From positions 20,947 to 84,946 of the forward strand of contig CAYMZG010000002.1 of NCBI GenBank assembly GCA_964394925.1: a stretch of DNA of 64,000 nt. Reading direction: 5' to 3'. The translations under genes and the position numbers were made by a program. The number at the start of each line of letters is the position of its first letter. The first letter of the stretch is position 1. Below the pieces are notes generated by a model. The model was not told where the DNA came from. It did not search any database and saw only the letters and a program-made list of their open reading frames with translations. Of this stretch, positions 58,593 to 64,000 are shown piece by piece. The DNA is from an uncultured Candidatus Saccharibacteria bacterium (lineage in GTDB: Bacteria; Patescibacteriota; Saccharimonadia; Saccharimonadales; CAYLGV01).

Positions 58593-61500
58593 TTCGACGG
58601 CGCCTTTCCAATAGTCTCCACCGCCTTGTCCACAAGTGGACCATAATTTGTTGGGTGTATGCCATCCGGTGTGTATGGTATTGGCGGTGCAATACCAGCG
58701 TAATCTATGACCGTAACGCTGTGGCTACTAGCAAACTTTGCCAATAGATCAGTCTTGCCTTTGCCATGATCCCCGAGCGAATTGAGGTAGTAGTTCACCC
58801 AGAATATCTTGGCGTTAGGGGCATTTGCTTTAACCTTGTCGTACGTTGTTTGCAGGCTTGAGTTAAAGGCGTCATCCCCAGCACCTAGGTCATTGGTTCC
58901 GAGTGCTACTACGACCGCTCCGGCATTCGACATGATGGCTTTGTCGGCGTCCATTTGCTGGATGCCACCAGGGCTTGGTGGTTCTCCGGTCATGTGCCGT
59001 GACACCAACCCATTACTCGTAACACTCCAGCCATTGGCTTGCAGTTTGGTATCTAGGCCCGCAGCCTTGGCGCCCACCGTATAGGAGTCGCCCACCCAGT
59101 AAAGATTGGCATTACTTGCCGATGAACCATTGGTTCCGGTGTTGGCTGTGCTGCCACTGCCACCCTCGGGTGAATAGGCATTGTCACCGGTATAGCCGTA
59201 CAGACCACCAATGTTACCCATCACGCGACTGTCGAAGATTGCACAGTTGTAAATTTTGTCTGCGGCAGCGGGGTCCATCTCTTTCTCCTTGATGGTCCCG
59301 TACACTTTTTCCCAGAATTTGTCGCCATTGCGCATAACTTCCCAGTCGAGCGACTTAGGATCCAGACCTATATCACTCACATTACTACTTTTCGATAAAT
59401 AATCTGGGTCAAGTGGATCCAGACCTTGGCATTGTGGAGGTATGTCGTATTTGTCGACACCGGCCCAGTCTGATATATCTGAGGCTTTTCCTGGATCTGC
59501 CGCAAAGGCTCTGCCACTTAACATATTTCCAAAAACCGTAGGCAGGCTGCTGAGGCTTGTAAATAGGCTACTGATCTGCTGGGTTATTGGCTTGTTGCTC
59601 ACAGCAAAAAGAGTGCTTGCCGCAAAAGAATCGGGATTATCGAGTGACGCATAACGATCGAATAACGATTCGCTTGCTTTCTGCTCGTTATCATAATTAG
59701 TGGCTAACTTATTTGTATAATCAAGCGATGCCTTAGTTGATGCTGCACCCCCTGATTGACGAGTTGACGCCTCTGCTTGAGCTGCACCCCCCGCGACAAG
59801 CAAGTTTCCAATTCCTGGAGACGAGCCATCGAACATTGGTCCACCACCAAGCACACCGACCAACTTCATCATAAGTGCGCCTATTTGTGATTGAACATTC
59901 TTTCCGAATTCGGTCTCAGCCGCGAAACCTACCAATGGCTCAGTAACCTTGCCAATCAAATCCGGTATAAAGTTCGAAACCCATTCAACGCCAGGTATTT
60001 TTTTGACTCCACGTACACCACCAGCAACTACGCCTATAAAAGGCTTAAAATTTTTCTCATATACATTTGACAGCATCGCCGCATTACCACCGTTTCCTGG
60101 ATTTTGATCATCACAATACCAGGAAAAATCACTAAATGAGCGTTTTGATGGCTCTTTTTCGCAATATGCTTTTTTGGCCACTTTATCTGCATCGCTAGTG
60201 CCAGCACTTCTGCCTGTTGCCTGCAACCACCCTTCGCTATTGCCAATATTTTGCGTTGTCGCAAAAAAGTCTTGTAATTGATCCCCAACCAATTCACCCG
60301 ATTTCATTTGATCACTTGCAATTGAATAGGTAGCAAACAAACCAATTAGCTGGGCTCGTTTCGCATTTTTTACCATCATAGATAGCTTGCTAGTTTCCCC
60401 ATTGCCAAATAGATCATCTACCCTTTCCATCCATTTTGCGATCGTCCATATTTTATCCGGGCTGGGTATTGGTGCGGCACTCTGTATTACCTTACCAATC
60501 TCTTGACCAGTCACCTTGGCAATAAGTGTGTAAATGAGGCGCTTGGATATGCTGGACCCCTCAAGTATCTTAGCGGTTTCCTTGCTCAGGCCCTTGTCCG
60601 CTTCGCCTTCCACGGCATTTGTTAATAGCTTCTGAGTCTCGTCCTTAAGATCACCCGACACCTCGTTCTCAGCTGCCTTTTGTGCGGCCTTTGCCTGCTT
60701 GCCTTCATCGTCTTTTGGCTCTTTCTCTGGCAAATCGTCGCCACCACTCCCATTCAGCCCATTCTGGGGGTCGGCCACATCACTCGATCTAGCGCAGCTA
60801 CCATTTGAAAAGATACATTTAAGTAAATTTGCAGTATTTGGATTACGCCCAAAGAAAATATCTATCATCTTGGCATATAGCTGGTCTTTACGAGCTTGTA
60901 TACCTTTCGCGAGTTTATCTCGTGTTTTCTCGAATAATCGCCATGACTTAATGCCCGCAACACTCTCAACATCTTTGCGTACATGTCGTCGCTTGAATAC
61001 TCTGTACCATGGGACCTCAGAGTCGACAACCTCTTTTACGGCTTTGCGCGCTGCTTTGTGTGTGTCGAACTTATCGACCACAAACATTCTTTCCAAATCT
61101 TTGTCGGGTATTGCTGATAGTTTCTGTGCAATATTGTTTGCACTGATCGGCCCGCCGTTATCGGCATCTAATAAGTACTTTCCAACCAGATCGGGATGTA
61201 TCTTTTCTAGTGCGGTTATACGCGCGGTGGATATGTTTCCCTGGTTATCAACTATGCTAACAAATGATATGCCCTGCTTGCCAAAAACACTTTCCTCAAA
61301 CTTATTTTTACGGAGGGTTGCATACCAATCCTTAAGCGGATTCTTCCCGTCGCCTACTTTATCACCCTTAAAAAATAATGTTTCCCCATCGGTTTTTCCC
61401 TCATATTCAGCAACGCGCATTTTTATATATGCTTTTGTTAGGCTCTTGTTTCGGGTATCGAGGGACGCCTTAAGTCGCTTGCTAGTATGAGCTTCTGTAT

Positions 61501-61909
61501 TCTTAAAGAAGTGATCCATTTGGAAGGTGTGCAAGAAGTTGAACATGAAAACACCCATGATAACCGCAACCAATCCAGCGCCGCCCATGGCACCAAGCGC
61601 ACCCTTACGTTTAAGGAGACTCTTGCCCGAACCACCCACAGTAGCTTTTCCTTTGTAAAAGCTATCTTTCTCACGGGCATCAGCGAACATGTTCCCAAAA
61701 CGCGACTCGAGCGCGTCGCCACCACCAGTATTCCCGGCGTCAGGTTCGGCTTCTTTTTCGCTCAACTGTTCTGGCGTTAGACTGGAGGCTTCATCTGCAC
61801 GGGCAGATGCTTCAATGCTGGCTTCTTCATCGGGGTCTATACCGGTGATGCTTCGAAGATCGTCATCACTGACGCGCTGGTCCTCATCATCATAAACGGC
61901 GTTAGGCAT
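58589..61909 (-). CDS. 1106-aa single-pass membrane protein with acidic cytoplasmic N-terminus, large ectodomain and C-terminal SGNH/GDSL hydrolase domain
   Basis: TM 'GALGAMGGAGLVAVIMGVFMFNFL' at about aa 105-130; C-terminal SGNH blocks 'LYWVGDSYTVG', 'VVALGTNDLG', 'DGIHPT'; ATG overlaps the stop of the downstream hydrolase gene. Confidence 0.6.
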   Translation of the reverse strand: MPNAVYDDEDQRVSDDDLRSITGIDPDEEASIEASARADEASSLTPEQLSEKEAEPDAGNTGGGDALESRFGNMFADAREKDSFYKGKATVGGSGKSLLKRKGALGAMGGAGLVAVIMGVFMFNFLHTFQMDHFFKNTEAHTSKRLKASLDTRNKSLTKAYIKMRVAEYEGKTDGETLFFKGDKVGDGKNPLKDWYATLRKNKFEESVFGKQGISFVSIVDNQGNISTARITALEKIHPDLVGKYLLDADNGGPISANNIAQKLSAIPDKDLERMFVVDKFDTHKAARKAVKEVVDSEVPWYRVFKRRHVRKDVESVAGIKSWRLFEKTRDKLAKGIQARKDQLYAKMIDIFFGRNPNTANLLKCIFSNGSCARSSDVADPQNGLNGSGGDDLPEKEPKDDEGKQAKAAQKAAENEVSGDLKDETQKLLTNAVEGEADKGLSKETAKILEGSSISKRLIYTLIAKVTGQEIGKVIQSAAPIPSPDKIWTIAKWMERVDDLFGNGETSKLSMMVKNAKRAQLIGLFATYSIASDQMKSGELVGDQLQDFFATTQNIGNSEGWLQATGRSAGTSDADKVAKKAYCEKEPSKRSFSDFSWYCDDQNPGNGGNAAMLSNVYEKNFKPFIGVVAGGVRGVKKIPGVEWVSNFIPDLIGKVTEPLVGFAAETEFGKNVQSQIGALMMKLVGVLGGGPMFDGSSPGIGNLLVAGGAAQAEASTRQSGGAASTKASLDYTNKLATNYDNEQKASESLFDRYASLDNPDSFAASTLFAVSNKPITQQISSLFTSLSSLPTVFGNMLSGRAFAADPGKASDISDWAGVDKYDIPPQCQGLDPLDPDYLSKSSNVSDIGLDPKSLDWEVMRNGDKFWEKVYGTIKEKEMDPAAADKIYNCAIFDSRVMGNIGGLYGYTGDNAYSPEGGSGSTANTGTNGSSASNANLYWVGDSYTVGAKAAGLDTKLQANGWSVTSNGLVSRHMTGEPPSPGGIQQMDADKAIMSNAGAVVVALGTNDLGAGDDAFNSSLQTTYDKVKANAPNAKIFWVNYYLNSLGDHGKGKTDLLAKFASSHSVTVIDYAGIAPPIPYTPDGIHPTNYGPLVDKAVETIGKAPSK

Positions 61910-61943
61910 ATTTGTGTCTGCTTTCCCGAATCATCTCCTTAGA

Positions 61944-63869
61944 TTATACCCCCGGGTATAGTCGGTTGCCTAAGTCAATTGTCCCTTCTGGTTGGTCAAT
62001 TTCTCCCGCCTGCCCTGGCATAGGCTGTTGTGCTGGCGAAGAACTAATCAGTCCCGTCTCTGTTGCACTGGCGGTTATTTGAATATGAACATGGTTCTGT
62101 CCTGCAAAGAATAAACCTTGTCCGACTGGGAATTGGCTTAGACGCTTGCGTTCTTCACTAGTAAGCTTAAAGACATCCGCTAGAACATCAACAGCCGAAG
62201 GCGACTGCTTAAGCAACAGTTGCATAGAGGCGTTAGCTACAATAGCTCGTCCCATTCTCGAGCCCATAAAGTCTTCAACGTCTTGCGAAATAGTCGTAAT
62301 ACCAAGGTTATACTTACGGGCGCGCTTAGCGAGGCTAAACAAAAAATTCGCCGAGTCTTCGTATTGCATGAGTTGCCAGGCTTCATCAACAATAAGAATG
62401 CGTCGCTTCTGGTCGGTCTTGGTCTTGTTCCATATGTAGTTTAGAACAATGTACATTGCCACTGGTCGAAGTTCGTCCTCAAGGTCACGCACGTTAAACA
62501 CAACCATCGGGTTGTCGATGTCTATATTTGACTGCTGTGAAAAGATACCTGCAAAGGTACCGGTCGTGTACTTACGTAAGCGCTGGGCGAGTTGGGGGCC
62601 TGTTCCGCCCATATGCAGGAGGGTGTCATATAGGTCGGCAATGGTTGGTGGTATGCCGGTATGCGTGAGGGGGTCATTTGTAATGCCAGCTTTGGCATAG
62701 GTCTCAATCAGGGCAGCATCTAGGTCTGATTCTTCAACTGGCGTCAGCGCAGGGGCGGTAACACCGTTACCACCGCCTTGCATTTGTGCCTGAGCGCCGC
62801 CCATCATGAGGCGAAGTAAACCATGCAAAGTAACAAGATTGCTACGGAGGGCGTTATCTGCCTCTTCAGAATCAACAACTTTTGGAAGATCAAAGGGATT
62901 AATTCGAGTGTTTGAATTGAGGCTTAGGCGTACATAGGCGCCACCAACAGCATCACACATCCGTTGATACTCATTCTCTGGGTCAATAATAAAGATTTCA
63001 GTTCCAAACATCATGCTGCGTAGCGCTTCAAGCTTCACGGCAAATGACTTACCAGCACCAGACTTGGCAAACACTGTTGAGTTGCCGTTCTCAAGTGTGA
63101 AACGGTCAAAAATTACCAAGCCCGAGTTATGCATGTTAATGCCGTACAAAATACCATTATCTTGGCTCAAATCGGCCGAGGTAAACGGAAAGCTTGTACT
63201 AAGTGCGCCAGTGCTCATATTGCGTCGAATTTGCAGTTGATCGGTAAACTGCGGCACCGTTCCGTTTAGCCCCTGCTCCTGTTGGGATGTAGCGGGCTTT
63301 GAGTAAACCAACTGTTGACCAAGGATTGACTCAACCTTATGTGAAACGAACTCTAACTCCTCCAAACTGCTGCCATATAAGGTAAAGTACAGCCCAAAGC
63401 GGAAGAAGCGCTCTTCCCCAACCTGTAGCTTGTCACGCATTTCCTCGGCGTCGATAATGGCCGCTTGTTTGCCCGGGTCACGTACTCGGCCTTTTTCGGC
63501 ATCGATCTGAACACCTGCCTCGAGCTGACTCACCTTCTTACGGAGATTCTCGAGCACTACCTGACTCTCAACCGGATAGATGTACATGGAGAGATCAATC
63601 ACCTCATCGAGGTTAACCATACCACTTAACCAACCAGTATAAAGTTGGCGTGGGTAACCGTACACGTAGTACGTGCGGGCAAAGCGCGTACCGAGTTGGA
63701 AATACGTTGCCTTATATTCAATAGAACTTGGCGCAATGAAGTCGCGTAGAGCAGTAATGCCCTTACGAAACGCCTCATCAACCTCTTTCTGCTCGCGCAT
63801 GCGCTGGGCCTGGGCGGTGGCAACGGGATCAACAATATTTTGAGAGCCTTTGTTTTTGCCGAGTGCCAT
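61944..63869 (-). CDS. virB4: VirB4/TrbE/CagE-family type IV secretion ATPase
   Basis: 641 aa; Walker A 'VFAKSGAGKSFAVK', Walker B 'RILIVDEAWQLM', VirB4-typical length and hydrophilic N-terminal domain; ATG overlaps the upstream stop (TAATG). Confidence 0.75.
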   Translation of the reverse strand: MALGKNKGSQNIVDPVATAQAQRMREQKEVDEAFRKGITALRDFIAPSSIEYKATYFQLGTRFARTYYVYGYPRQLYTGWLSGMVNLDEVIDLSMYIYPVESQVVLENLRKKVSQLEAGVQIDAEKGRVRDPGKQAAIIDAEEMRDKLQVGEERFFRFGLYFTLYGSSLEELEFVSHKVESILGQQLVYSKPATSQQEQGLNGTVPQFTDQLQIRRNMSTGALSTSFPFTSADLSQDNGILYGINMHNSGLVIFDRFTLENGNSTVFAKSGAGKSFAVKLEALRSMMFGTEIFIIDPENEYQRMCDAVGGAYVRLSLNSNTRINPFDLPKVVDSEEADNALRSNLVTLHGLLRLMMGGAQAQMQGGGNGVTAPALTPVEESDLDAALIETYAKAGITNDPLTHTGIPPTIADLYDTLLHMGGTGPQLAQRLRKYTTGTFAGIFSQQSNIDIDNPMVVFNVRDLEDELRPVAMYIVLNYIWNKTKTDQKRRILIVDEAWQLMQYEDSANFLFSLAKRARKYNLGITTISQDVEDFMGSRMGRAIVANASMQLLLKQSPSAVDVLADVFKLTSEERKRLSQFPVGQGLFFAGQNHVHIQITASATETGLISSSPAQQPMPGQAGEIDQPEGTIDLGNRLYPGV

Positions 63870-64000
63870 TACTGCAGACTCCTGTCGAGCTGTGGTTGCG
63901 GTGCGGCACCCTGCCCCTTGGTTATGACAGGCGTAGAAATGTCATTAAAGTTTTTCAGTGGCTGGCGAGTAGCAGTGTCGGGGTTGTAGGTGTCATAGTA
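63869..64000 (-). CDS. 3' end of an upstream operon gene (partial, continues beyond window)
   Basis: Hand translation of the minus strand ends '...YYDTYNPDTATRQPLKNFNDISTPVITKGQGAAPQPQLDRSLQ*', with the stop TAA overlapping the virB4-like ATG by 1 nt. Confidence 0.4.
   Translation of the reverse strand, partial: YYDTYNPDTATRQPLKNFNDISTPVITKGQGAAPQPQLDRSLQ

Noticed and set aside
60699-61490. 263-aa plus-strand ORF
   Set aside because: It is antisense within the 1106-aa operon gene; its Ser/Leu-rich composition is typical of reverse-frame artefacts; it has no start context.

Overview
This 64 kb chromosomal segment comes from a compact, tightly packed bacterial genome, with most genes separated by 0-30 bp and many start/stop overlaps. 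It spans the replication origin (50.1-54.8 kb): rpmH-rnpA-yidC-jag on the minus strand, a DnaA-box cluster, then dnaA-dnaN-recF on the plus strand. More than half the window (about 11.3-44 kb) is one very large cell-envelope glycan locus. It carries a polyprenyl-phosphate sugar transferase, the complete dTDP-rhamnose pathway (rfbA/B/C/D), galE, a phosphohexomutase, a UDP-glucose 6-dehydrogenase next to a UDP-xylose-synthase-like decarboxylase, at least seven glycosyltransferases (GT2 and GT4), two GtrA-family proteins, a Wzm/Wzt ABC exporter, two coiled-coil SAM methyltransferases, an O-antigen-ligase-like protein and several large polytopic membrane proteins. Inside it sits a conspicuously AT-rich two-gene insert: a divergent GAPDH-fold dehydrogenase plus a sugar nucleotidyltransferase. 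The left end (0-11 kb) holds housekeeping and transport genes: a DsbA-like oxidoreductase, an NRAMP metal transporter, a low-affinity iron permease, a CPA2 antiporter, nadD, uppP, an ABC-2 exporter and a LexA-N-terminal-domain regulator. The right end (54.8-64 kb, continuing off-window) is the most unusual part. It is a translationally coupled minus-strand operon encoding a VirB4/TrbE-family ATPase, a 1106-aa single-pass membrane protein ending in an SGNH hydrolase, a 754-aa three-domain cell-wall hydrolase (GH3 NagZ-like + phage-tail-lysozyme-like + M23 peptidase) and a 507-aa membrane-anchored protein. This looks like a Gram-positive-type type IV secretion or contact system abutting recF. 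Other notable items are a 37-bp palindromic element present twice (core GAAC-N4-GTTC, resembling a Gram-positive LexA box, near the LexA-like gene), a degenerate IS200/RAYT-like Y1-transposase-fold gene beside jag, and two separate secreted SGNH hydrolases. No rRNA, tRNA or CRISPR array was recognised. Organism assignment is inference only: the gene style suggests a Gram-positive-type, reduced genome, possibly Patescibacteria/Saccharibacteria-like.
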